DNA of 63,786 nucleotides, counting the filler, from Basidioascus undulatus (lineage: Eukaryota), in the NCBI GenBank assembly GCA_000826855.1. It is 6 parts of 6 records of this genome, joined end to end, with 100 filler letters (N's around TTAATTAATTAA, not from the genome) between each part and the next. Parts side by side here need not be neighbours in the genome. Positions count along the whole stretch, not along the records: positions 31,397 to 54,952 come from JTLS01000262.1; 5 more parts are not named here. One strand, 5' to 3'. Under the pieces are notes generated by a model. That model saw only the letters and a program-made list of their open reading frames with translations, was not told the origin of the DNA and did no database searches. The translations under genes were made by a program, and so were the position numbers. Position 1 is the first letter of the stretch, and the number at the start of each line of letters is the position of its first letter. Shown in pieces: positions 36,815 through 48,817 of this stretch.

Positions 36815-37445
36815 AGATGGAAAAATAACGATAGCTGGGTGCATGCATTCCCTTTTGATGTGAAATGCTTGATATGAAGCCTGAGTGCGATAAGTGCCCT
36901 CAGTCGGCGTTGGTAGTCAATCCACCTTTGGGACCGCTCTCTCTGGATGGTGCGGTCACGGCTGCAGCTTGTGTGCCGTCTCCGCAGATTTCGTATGCAG
37001 CGGGGCGAGTCACGATCAAGAACAAAACAATCACGTCCTGGATTTCGCCTGCGTGTTTGTGAGCTCGACTCTACTTGACTTCCGCCTTTCGTGAGCAATT
37101 CTTTCGTGGTCGGAGGGGCCGCCTCGATCCGCTGGACAGGCAGTCGGCGAGGCTGCTTTGGGAGGGAGGACGGTCGCTGTGCACTGAGCGCTGTCCTGTC
37201 CACACGTTTAAGGGCGTGAACATGCTGCGAGGCCAGCCATGTAGTATCCAGGTAGTTATTGTTGGAGTTCAGGGAATCAATGGCATTAATTACTAGGTGA
37301 ACTTGAGAAACGGCCTTGAACATCGCGGCAAAGAGAACAACGCTAAAGGGGCGGATGAATCGATGCCACATGAGTCAGCTGAAGGATGAACCAGTTGGGG
37401 AAAGAGCCTTCCCTCAGGCAGCACTCACATTAACAAACGGAAGTT

Positions 37446-39320
37446 TCATGTGCAGCTAGATCGCCATCCCTCCCCTCCCCCTGAAGTCGGTCGGCAGGCG
37501 ACCGCCCGAAATGTCGAGAGTGAACGTGCTGCGAGTTGCCAGGATCGCAACGACCTGGTGTCTTTCCACGTCTCGTCGCCCTGATCTCCCGCATACTCGG
37601 TGTTCTCCCGAGGACCGATGAATAGCAGCAGCTGCTGGAACTTGTTCTTGTGCGTCGCGACGTAACTGGCGAAGGAAGCGAAGCCATTGTCGTCGTGGCG
37701 CAAGCCGTCCTCCCACCATCTAGCTCATGTCTGGGTCAGCCTTGACATGATACCAGCTTGGTTGAGTGCAATACGACAAAAGCCAAATAGGGCAGCTTAC
37801 CTCTCCACGTCGGACGCGTTCTCTATGAGCAGCGGGTCAGGCTGGTTGAAGCGATCGCCGAGTTGTTCAATGTAATCGCGGTACTCCGAGAGAGCCTTGA
37901 TGATTTGAAGCTCTATGGCGAGAATCTTGATCGGCCCCGTGAAGTTAGGAGGCAGCGTCAGGCGAAGAACGCGACGACGCGAGTCCGCGACCATTCTGAT
38001 GTCGAGAGGCGTCATGCGCGGCTTTTCGTTTGTAGAGAAGATGCGATCACACTGCCAGAGACTATGCGTGCATGGAAATAAGGTATACGTCTTAAGCTTA
38101 CAATCATGACATCGAGGCGAGCAGGCTCCTCCCAGTCGTTTACTGTCGACGACCGCGAGAACGCTGCCTTCAGCTTGCCTTGCATGCGGACATGCGGCGG
38201 GGCCGTGGAAGCCAAAACCGAAGGCTGGCTGGTCGAAGCGGGAGGCGATGAAACTTTTGGCTGTGGTAAGGAATCAGTCAGTTATTTGTGTGGTGCATCG
38301 GCGGGATTGCAAAACTCACCGCCACAGTCGCCACGATGCTGCAACGCGCTTCACCCAACGCTTGCACTCGAACAGCCATGTTCTGGGCTGCCGAAAGCTG
38401 CAGGTTTGCCTTCAAGTTGACCGCATTCGAAAAGAGTTTCCCCTCCAAGCTTGTATCTATCAGAACGTCGTACCATAGTAGCTTCGAAGGGTCCGACGTG
38501 CGCCGGGGCGCGAAGTCGAGCAGGAGCTTCAAATCATTCCAAGTGGAAAGACGGGCGGGCTGGACAATCGCTCGCTCATCCAGCTCATCCCCCGCCTCCA
38601 TGGAGACTGCGCTTTGGACTTCGGCGGGCGTCGTGCCTGTAGCATTGAAGGTAGGTGCACGGCTGGCCGCACATGTTGACCTTGGTAGCCGCCCCGTATG
38701 TCCTTCTGATTGTTATGAGATCGTGGAAGGTAGTGGGAAGAAGCAGACAAGTGGACTTTGTGCTTTTCGCGGCTACGATCTCGACGTCCAAGGGAAGACG
38801 CGGACCGCAGTCGAGCTTGGAGGATTAATGTCAGCTCCTTACTACCAAACATTGAACAGGCAGATTTGGAACCTCACGAGGTTGATTTTGAGATCATGAC
38901 TGCCCGCGGTGGCCTTCAGAGCTTTCGCAGCGCTAGGGCGACGCCATTTGGCAGCATCGTCGCCGGTCTGTGAAGTTGACCCACACGCACGCTGTTAGCC
39001 CCAGTATTCATTGAGAACTCCTGATGAATCATGTGACATACAAGATTAACGACAAACTTTTGCGCCCGCATCTCCTCAGACGTGCAAGGTAAGATCCAGC
39101 GACCTGTCCGCTTGGTGGAACGCGTGGCAGCCGCTGGCTCGCTCGCCCTCGTCCCGTCCTGGATCGTACGTGCCCTGAGGCGCCATGACGGATCGTGCGA
39201 GCTGTGCGGGTGCTCTTTGGTTTCTTCGGCAAAAGAGGGAGCCGCCGCAGCTGAGGACTGCTCGTAGCTTGGGAGAGCGTCCCAGTTAGAAGAGTCGCGG
39301 TTGTAATAAATGATCTTCAT
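37446..39320 (-). CDS. Hypothetical multi-exon protein with an internal repeat
   Basis: ATG at 39320, then successive minus-strand ORF segments joinable by GT..AG introns. N-terminal LPSYEQ motif and two similar segments (LLLPTTFHDLITI / LTLPPNFTGPIKI). No family recognised with confidence. Confidence 0.5.
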
Positions 39321-40102
39321 GATGCAGAGAATGGTGGGGATAAATACGAAGAGAGATTGTTCACGGGTAGGAGTAGGGTAAGAGGGCGATGGGACTCCTC
39401 CCAAGACAACGCGCACTACATAGGCTCAACAGCCGCAACGAGCGTCCCAAATGGCACACCGTCTGAAGCTTGCATCAAGAGCCGCTTGATATATGTTCCA
39501 GCGGAACATTTGCTGTCATCTAATCATGCAAGGGCGCCGGCTGAATGACGTCCGCTACGAGTCGAGCCCTCGCTCGACCACTCCGGCTGCTTTAAGTAAC
39601 GAAGACGTCCTTGGTTGTAAGCGAGGCTATGACAACGCTGAGTGCACGAACCGTGCAGAGCGAGGCGTGATATGGTACAAGCCTAGCCAAGCGACACCGA
39701 ATTCAATCACTCCCACTTATATGACTTGTAGACTCGTAGAGTTGCGAAGGGGCTGTTTGCAGGGAGAATCCGCGACATCTCGGACAGCAAATGTGGCAAT
39801 CCGGTTTGGCAGCACACACGTCGTGAACCGAAAGGATGCAGCAGACGTTGTACATGGCAGATTGAAGCCCATAGGAGCGTAGGGGAACATGGCGGTGATA
39901 GGAAGGAGGATGGCGTGAAGGGGTGGGGTAAGTCGGGGAGACGAGACAAGAGCGCAAGCACGACAGGGGGCAGTCGGGACGGTCGAGACGTGGATTGAAG
40001 AAGCAGTATGATCAAGAACGCGTGTGATAAGACCGCGCCGCAATCCCACACCACGACTCGCAAGTGCAAGCCCCGGGCCGTCCGTCACGAAGCGCCCACC
40101 GC

Positions 40103-41027
40103 TTAGAACTTGAGCTCGTGGGGGAACTCGCCGCGGGAGAGACCGAAGGTCGCCGCGAGGTAGGCGGGCAGGCCCTCGACCTTCTTGATCGCGGGGATGA
40201 GCGCCTGCAGGGAAGGGGACCGGGTGAGCACTGGGAGGTTCTGGGGCGAGAGAGATATGGGATGCGGGATGTCAAGGCGCACCTTGTCGACGGCCTTCTG
40301 GTCCTCCGCCTTCGACGCCGGGTACTCCTTCTTCTCGACCTTGTCGCCGAAGAAGGCCTCCTCCTTGGTGGCGCCCTTGACGGCCTCCTTGGCGAAGTAC
40401 GAGTCGGTGAACTTCTCGGTCTGCACAGAGCGCCGGAAAGTCAGTAAATATTTGTGGACCGCTCCAAGCGTAGCCGCCCGCCGAGCGCCCAAGCTCCCGA
40501 CCGCCCCTACCCCGCAAAAATGCCATCCCCGCCATCCCGCCAGCCCCTGAAAGCAGACTCACGTTAACACCGGAGAGCTCAACCTTCGTCGAGGTAGCGA
40601 TCACGTAGGCCTGGTTGACACGGCGGAGGGGGACGCCGTTGATCTTGAACGGGCCGGTGACGAGGAGCAGGCCCGAGTCGAGCTGCTTGAGGAAGACGAC
40701 GCGCTTGCCGCGGAAGCGGCCGGCGAGGAGGATGAGGACGGTGCCCGGGGTGATGGAGCCGCGGAGCTTGGTCTGGCGCTGGAGCTTGCGGCTCTTCTTG
40801 GGCACGGCGACGTCCTCGGCCGGGTAGTAGCGGCCGGCCTTGAGGACGGGGACGCGACGCTCGCCGCCGTTCTTGGCGCCGCCGACAGTCTTGGTGACCG
40901 CCTCCGGCTTGTCCTCAGCCGCGGGAGCAGCGCCGGTCTTCTTGCCCTTGAAGAGGCCGCGCTTGGCAAAGACCTGCGAGCGCGAGAGACGGCCGACGTG
41001 CGGGGCGAGTTCCTTGCTGCGGGCCAT
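40103..41027 (-). CDS. RPL6: 60S ribosomal protein eL6
   Basis: [61 protein letters not shown]-terminal FPHELKF*, two coding-region introns. Confidence 0.98.
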
Positions 41028-44000
41028 CTGGGGGCGGCGGACGGGGTGGGGCGGAAAGGCGAGGGTGTAATAAGGGTGTGGAGAGCGAGTTAAGAGTGAG
41101 AGTTGGGTCGAGAGGAGAGAGCGAGCGGGAGGTGGTGGTGGTGGCCAAAGGAAGACGCAGGGCGATCGAGGCGAAGTTGGGTCGGAGCGGGGAGAGATGT
41201 GCAGGGGGAGGACGCGGGGGAAGTGGGTCAGTAATCATTCTTTGAAAGCGGTGAGCGTGTGTGAGTGTGCAAGAGCCCCGAAAGCCCAGCTGGCGGAGGC
41301 GACCTCGAGAGCGTTGGGAGGCGCTCCGAGCCCATCGCCCGAGGCCGGCTCTCCATCCCACCCGCCGCCTCGAATCCAACCCTCGCCTTGCCTAGACCCG
41401 TCGAATCGCTGGCACCGTTGCGTACGTCGTGCTCGTCGGTACGTTCCCTGTCGTCGTCGAAGCGTTGGGCGGCGAGATCGGGCACTAACCTTGGAAACTT
41501 GGTCGCGGCTCTATCAGAAGTGTGACTTCGTCCCTTAGGACTTCTCTCCCCTCAGTCCTGAAGCGCATTTGCTTGAATTCCCGTATGTCCGATGGCGCGC
41601 CTCGTTGCGAGTCGCTTTTTTCCTTTCATCTTTTTCTTTTCGTTTGCATTGCACTTTGCCGTGAAATAGGATCTCAATGAAAATGTGAAGACGTTTTCAT
41701 TTCATGCAATCAAAACATCAAAGCCTCCAAGCTACAGTCAATGCCCAACGTAACTCACTCGATATCGCAGTGCGCCCCGTTCCTGCCAACCTGTCGCTGC
41801 AGCCTGCAGCCTTTCACCTCCCCTGCTGCGACTGTTGTTAAAGTCCAGCATTCGCCAGAGCTACTGATAAACTTGCCCGGGCGCACCTTCTACCTCTCGT
41901 CCGACCTAACCATGTAGCGCAGCATGTCCAGAACGTGTGGCTTCAGGGCACGCGTGTCGATGCCATCGCCTTCGAGCCTCTGGTCCGCCTGGACGTTGCG
42001 CTATAAAAGGGCGGGCACAATGAGAAAGGGGAAGGGGACGGGATGTGCGTTGAATGGGGCACACCACCATCTCAGCTTCGCTGATGCTGGCGAGGTGGCG
42101 CGTCATCTCGAGGACTCAGGGTCGAGGGCGTTGCCCTCGGTGCAGAAGACCTCGTCACGCTGAGCCTTCCCGTTGCACCGAGAACGATGTGTTGTATCAA
42201 GAACACCCAGTGGAAAGGACCCGAAGATGATAACGCACTGCGACATCGCTTAATCACGCTCGCTCTTCTTGCCCCTGCGAGGGACAGGCTGCAAAGCCAG
42301 TCAACGAGGCGGACACCATGAGCGACGATGGTGGAACGAGGAAGGGTCCCTCCTCCGCAAAGAGAGACTTACAACCAGGGTATGTCCCTTCTCCCCTACG
42401 GCATCGCCACCGATCGGGCCCCCGACGAGCCCGTCGCCGCTGAGCCCTCCGCCAATCGTCTCGAACCCGGTGCGTTGGGGCGCGGCGAGGCCGATCTTGA
42501 AAGAACCAGTGGCTAACGAATGCGTGATATGATCTGAGAAACGTCAAGCTCTGGTTCAGAGGGCGTCAGCAAACTACAAGCGGGACGAGATGCGCACGGT
42601 GTGAGAATGCGCTGCATGGATCAGCCCGAGAGTCAGTATGTTTGTGGGGGGCGGGATTCGCCAAAGCACCGACCTACAATTAGATCGTATGTGCTGACTT
42701 GCTTTGATGAGATGCACGAGGTTGCGGAGATCGGCGAATGAGCTGGTATCCGTGAGCGGAAGAGGGAGAGAGGGAAAAGGCCTCCACGTGCTTTTATCGC
42801 TCGCGACGACCACAAAAACAACTCACAGGTCACTGCTGCCGTCCCCCCGGACGATCAAAGAAAAGGGACCACTATTGCGCAACACGGAATTAAGCTGGCC
42901 TTCAGGCGTTTCAGCGTCCTCGCCTCGTTCAGTTGCTTGCTTCCGCCCACGTTGGCCATGTCCTCCTGCGCACTAATGACTAATGAAGGAGGCTTCTGTG
43001 TGGATGGCACTGCACTGATTCGGGCTTGTCGCCGCGTTCCGCGTTGTACCTTCACGACGTCAATCTCATGTTGCACCCCCGCACGCCGCATACGCCGGCC
43101 TACTGGGAATCTTTCCACGTTGCAATTTGGTATGATGCACGAGCCGAAGAGCCGTTTAAACTGCTTGCTAGAACAGAGAAGATGGATGGATTATAGCGAT
43201 AAAAGACAAGCCGCCCTGAAACGCAAGACGGCAGTACTTGCATTTGGGATGGCAATCAGGCAGTCACTCTTAGGAGGGAACCTACTTGGCAAATAGAGTG
43301 CAGAGACCACTAGCCTTACAGCTTTATTGTAGAAAGTGTGTCCCTCCGAATTCTGTATTCCAGGTGTCCGCCGAAAGACGCTATGCTCAGATGCAGACCT
43401 TGTGCAAGGCGGCGAACGGAACGGAACCATTCAGATGGGCAAGTACAGAGTCTACCCACAGGCCCCTAGAGGATTTGAGGCTTTTTATTGATATCATGAC
43501 TGAGGTTGCAGGACTGGGTTCCCAAGTGAAACTCTGCGACGCCGACGCAAGCGGCACGCATGTGTGCTCACAGTGCAAGTGCAGTCGTTCCAGTCGCGAC
43601 CATCCGTAGTCGAATTTGGTATAGCTCGACTCTCAAAGAACGTCTGAGCCCGGTCCGAATTAATTTTTTGGACCCCAACGATTTGGCGCGTTTATCGAGG
43701 CAAGGCCGTCTTCAGCAGCACCTTTCACCTCGTTTTTGCACACAGGACGTCGCTTCCGAGTCCGCTTCTGGCCTCACCCTGTCTTAGTCCTACTCCTTGC
43801 TAACCTCTTTCATCCCCAGCCTGATCTTTTTATTGCTGTCAAAGCTGTTTCGAAGCCCAATCCAGTCCGCAGAGAGCGCAGCAGACTGGGCGTCGAGTCG
43901 GGTCGCCCGCTTGCGCAAGTGGACAGGAAACACTGAGGCCTTGAGCCGCTGGCCATGTGTAAATACTCGAAGTTCAAGGAGAACTGTGCACGAAATGACT

Positions 44001-44275
44001 CGAAAAAATCAACAAGATATTATGTTTTGGACAGCTGGACCTGGAACATATTTTGCAGTCTGGCCGGCGTCCGGCGCTTGTGGGCCGTGACCCTGGCTCG
44101 CGACGCGGCTCACAGCTCTGCTTGGTCTTCACCAAATCGCGAAGTCCGCGCCTTCCCCGCTTGCCTCCTCCCTCTTCCCCTCCCTCTTCGCCTGCCCGCG
44201 CTTCCACCAGGCAGCTGGACGACTCCCGCTCTCATACACCCTTCTCCGACCTCCCAGCAGCATATATCGCGAGAA

Positions 44276-46060
44276 ATGGCCGGCCCAGTAGACGGCGGTG
44301 CGGGCTCGTACCTCGATGCCCACGCGGTGGGCGACGAGGACATGCAGGGCGTGCAGGAGGACCTGGCGGAGCAGGAGAGCGCGCAGGATAATATTCTGTA
44401 CGGTGAGTGTGGCGTCTGGTGGTTTTGGCGCGATCCGGGATCTGGTGGACTCGTGGGGAATGCGCGAAGGGAGGAGGCTGGTCGCGAAGCGGACGGTCTG
44501 GCGGAGCGCTGCTCCTGTTCGAACTCGCCGCTGGGGCATTTACACGGGCTTTGAGAACGCGAACGCATGCTAGGGAGGCTGGTACTGACGGACATTGTGC
44601 TGATCAGATACCTCATCACCGCCGTCGACCACCTCATCCTCCTTGACCTGGATCAGCTGGTTCTGCTCTCTCCGTACGTCGCATGCCTTGTCCAGCGAGA
44701 TCCTTCGAGCTGACGGTTTGCTCCGGATATGTCAGCCGGACACGAGTACTTTGCGGAGGTCGCGGAGGATTTCATCGAGGACGAGTTCAACTTGACCGGG
44801 TTGGCGAGCATGGTTGGGTTCTACAAGGTGCGTCAACTTTACTCGTTCGAGATGGCGTCAGCAGACGGACAATTGATGCCCACGGCGGTCGAGCAGGAGG
44901 CGCTGGAGATGATCCTGGATGTTGAGCCGGGTGCGCTAAGGCATGCCATTGGCGAGGGAGACGCGAGGCTGACGCGAGCTGGGCGCGAGCAGAGGAGTCG
45001 CTCAAAATCCCCGACGTCTCGATCGTGGAGAACAGCGCCGAGATGCTCTACGGGTTGATCCACCAGCGCTACGTCCTTACCCGGCAAGGGTTGCAGCAGA
45101 TGGTACGTATTGCCCCGAACCAGAGCCGTCCAGTCTCCTGACAGAGCTCCCCGGTCGCAGGTGGAGAAGTACGAGTCGGGCCACTTTGGCTTCTGCCCGC
45201 GCGTCTTCTGCCAATCCTGCCCCGTCGTGCCATGCGGGCGGTCTGATCTTCCCGGAATCGACACCGTCAAGCTCTACTGCCCGAACTGCATGGACATCTA
45301 CGTGCCGCCCAGCTCGCGCTTCCAAGGCGTCGACGGTGCGCATGCAGTCTTCACTTCGCGCGAATCGCGGTGCTTACTCTCTGCCCTCCGTCCACAGGCG
45401 CCTACTTCGGCACCACCTTCCCTCACATCCTCTTCCAAACCTACCGCGAACTCGCCCCCGCCATCCACGCCTCCACCTCCGCCTCCGAAGCCGACACCCC
45501 CTCCGCCGAGTCCTCCGCCGTCGACCCTAACGCGCCCCGCAAAGCGGCCGCGAGCAAGATCTACGTACCGAAGATCTACGGCTTCACGGTGTCGGAGCGG
45601 GCACGGTCGGGCCCGCGGATGGGCTGGCTCAGGCAGCGGCCGGAGAAGCTGGAGGACTTGGACAAGGTGGACTCGAGGGGGCGGTGGAAGGAGGACATGC
45701 GGGATGGCGAGGAGGAGGAGGATGGGGACGGTAGGGCACCGGGTGGGCGGGGCGAGGGCGTGAGTAACGTTTGCCTGTTGGGCTGCTCGCAATTGGGTGC
45801 TGACGATATCTTGGCCTCAACAGCGTCTCTTCGACGACGACGACGACGACGAGCAGGACGAGGAGTCGTGCGTTGTTTCCAGCTCAACCTTCGCGCATTC
45901 ACCGCTGACATGATGTCTAAGCAGGGAGGAGGAAGAGGAGGACGCAGCCGGCGGAGGTTCGGCGCCTCCAAAGGCGGCTCAACGACCCGCCCAGCCGTTA
46001 TTGGCTGCTCAGCACCGCGCGCGGATGCCAGCAAGCGCCACGGTCGCGGCGGCGGCATGA
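44276..46060 (+). CDS. CKB1: Casein kinase II regulatory subunit beta
   Basis: [40 protein letters not shown], zinc finger CPRVFC...YCPNC, DGAYFGTTFPH and YVPKIYGF. Confidence 0.96.
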
Positions 46061-46476
46061 GGTCGAACGTGTGCGGAACAGGCGTTGCAGGGCGAGGGTG
46101 GATCTGTATTGCATCCTTCTGTTTCTCTTTTATCATAGGGCACCCATTTTCCTTTTGCGAGTACATCCTTGCGGACGTGTGCGCGCGGTGCCAACCCTTC
46201 CGACAACTCGCTTGCGTCTGCCTGAACTTAAACACCGCGTATATTCACCAAAAAGCAGCACGGAAGGACGGCAGGGCCAAGCAGGGCATCTGTGGACCTG
46301 ATGATTGTGACAGCTGTGTGCCCTCGGGCCCGACGTCGTTCTCCGTGACCGAGCGCGGCCGGCGGCTTTGCTGCGTGAGCACGTCGTCGTTGTTGTCCCT
46401 CCTCAAAACTTCATTCAACCGAAGGCTTTCCTCTGTTCGCTTGCCTCCCCCCGGAGTCGGGCTGGCAGCACCCGAT

Positions 46477-47631
46477 ATGTCTTCGGACGCAGCGACACCC
46501 GGCGGCGAGATCTTCGCCACGTCTGACTTCTCCGCGCAAGCCTACGACGCAGAGCGTCCCACTTACCCCCCGAAGCTGCTCGACCACATCGTCGCGTATC
46601 ACGATGCGACTGGAGGGCAGCGCGGACGGGTGGTGGACCTCGGTTGCGGACCTGTATGTGACTCCTGTGACCCCTGCTTCTCTCCATGTCCTCCTGCTGG
46701 CTGACGAGTGTTTTGCTTTTGTCCACTGTTTGCAGGGCACAGTCGCCCGCACGCTCGGGGCATTCTTCGACTCGGTCGTCGGTGTCGACCCGTCAGAGTC
46801 GATGATCGCCGCTGCTCCTCGCACTTATAGCACGGGAACGGGCAAGCCAGTGGAGTATCGCGTCGGAGGCGCAGAGGACCTGCCTCTGGAGGACACGAGC
46901 GTGGACTTAATCGTTTCGGGTCAGTCTTGGGCAGTGCTCGTTGTGTTGCATTCCCTTTCCTAGCGCACTGACATTCTACATTTTTTCTTCCTTGCGAACA
47001 GGAACTGCCGCGCACTGGTGGCGCCCCGAGTGGTGGGAAGACGCGGCGAGGGTCGTCAAGAAGGACGGGACAGTTGCGCTCTTCCTGTACAACGGTCCGC
47101 ATATGAGGTATATTTCTGATTCTATATATACGAGTGCCCTGTCGTTGGTGACGTTTCTCCGCTCACGGCAGCCCCGACCAGCCGCACTACGATGCCCTCA
47201 CGGCCGCGTTCACCAACTTCACGAAGGCGATAACGCCTTACCGCACAGCCGGCAACGACATCGCGAGCTCGCTGTACACTCGGCTCGCGCGACCCGCGCC
47301 GAATCTCCCCTTCTCCCCAGCGGAGCATTACATCTGGCACGGTTCGGACGAGGTGGCGTTCGCCGCTGTGGACCTGTCGATCAAGAACCACGCGGCCGAC
47401 CCGGAGGACACAGAGATGGCCGTGTGCAAGGAGATGAACGTCGACGACGTGGGCCGCCAGTTGGGGACGATGGCGCCTGTACTGCGGTGGAGAGAGGCGA
47501 ATAAGCGGACGGAGGGGGGAGATGTCGTGGAGAAGCTGCAGAGGGAGATCAGGGCAATTAAGGGGTGGAGCGAGGAGAAGACGGTGAAGATCGCGCGGGG
47601 CGTGGGGCTTGTGCTGGTCAAGAGGTTGTGA
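46477..47631 (+). CDS. Class I SAM-dependent methyltransferase (trans-aconitate methyltransferase/Crg1-like)
   Basis: YDAERPTYPPKL, VVDLGCGPGTVA (motif I), VVGVDPSESM, AEDLPLEDTSVDLI and AAHW. Confidence 0.9.
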
Positions 47632-48084
47632 GAGTTGAGACGCGTAAAGCATCATCGCCCGAGGATAGCCCGTGGTTGTTAGCATGCCTGCCCATGTCAA
47701 TGATCCGCGAGCAGGATGAGGAACACATCGACTGTTGCAGGCGAGCTGATCTAGTTCGACAGTCGCTCGAGACCAACACGATCGATGCTGTCAGCTTGTG
47801 GGTCTTTAAATGGGCGGAAAGATTGAGGCAGAAGGTGAGCACGACCATCTACCATGAGTCTCCCAAGGTAAGCACCAACTTGCACCAACATCACCCAGTC
47901 GACACGGCGGCGTGCTAGACTACTGCACCACAGCGCCAAACAGCCAGCGGGAGAGGAGGGGTTGAGAGAAATCGCAGATTGCCATGGAGTACAAGCATAA
48001 AGGGCGTAGATGCGTGCGCGTGCCATCCTCCCCCAACCCCGTCCCTCGCTGTCGGACCCGGAGCGCCCAGCGTCAAGCACCAAT

Positions 48085-48817
48085 CTAGTGCTTGGTACTG
48101 TGAATGGAACAAGTGGGTCAGTACCGCCACGTTGTACCGATGCAAACGCTGATGGTGCGGAAGGACGAACCGGGACTCCTGGATGACGCCGGAGAGCTCC
48201 TCAACCTTGCGCTTAGCGCGGCGGAGCGTGCCGAGACGGCGCTTGGTGAGCTTGCGCGCCTTCTTGTCCTGTAAGCGAGAAGGGGATGGTGGATATTGTC
48301 AGTGGACGCTCTGGGGGCCCAGGGAGATGTGTAGTCCGCCGCCAGAGTCCGGGCAAGCGCTCCTCAAGCCGCCTGTATCGCCACGGACTTCCCTGCCGCC
48401 GCAACCGCCCCACCATCCATCCCGTCCTCACGATGCAAATACCGTCGCCCGCCCTTCCGAAGCCCTTTATCCCTCCCTCCCCGCTGCCGCGCCCCACCCC
48501 GCCCGACCGTCTTCCTCGCAAAATCCATGGCTCACCTTGGAGTTACGGATGAGCTCCATGACGCGCTTCTCGTAGGGAGCGAAACCAGCGACCTCGCGGA
48601 CGACGGAGCGGACGAGCTTGGTGCGCGCCGACGACTGGCCCTTCTTGTGCACCGGGCGGGCACGGGGCTCGAGGGGAGTCGTCTGGTGGCCCTTGGTGAT
48701 GCCGACACGGAGGTCTGTAAGTCGATCGGACCGGCAAAAAGCACGGCGGGGTCAGTACGGACGACGAGGAGAGCGATATTGACGGCGAGGGGGACGTGCT
48801 GTTGCGCTGGGCGACCA
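48085..48817 (-). CDS. RPL36: 60S ribosomal protein eL36, 4 exons
   Basis: [16 protein letters not shown]...[52 protein letters not shown]...ESRTKH*. Confidence 0.97.

Noticed and set aside
36802..37371. 189-aa minus-strand ORF with a hydrophobic N-terminus
   Set aside because: No recognisable motif or codon bias, and it overlaps the SSD1 3' end, so support is insufficient.
43173..43185. ACAGAGAAGAT resembling the U6 snRNA core, and ATACTTACC at ~9520 resembling the U1 5' end
   Set aside because: The flanking sequence does not match the snRNAs, so these are short chance matches.
45370..46704. 444-aa ORF apparently fusing CK2-beta and the methyltransferase
   Set aside because: It reads through introns and intergenic DNA by chance. 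Spliced CK2-beta stops at 46060 and the methyltransferase has its own ATG at 46477.
47617..47631. C-terminal -KRL of the methyltransferase as a peroxisomal signal, and stop-codon read-through generally
   Set aside because: KRL is not a canonical PTS1, and none of the resolved stop codons has the TGA-CTA read-through context.
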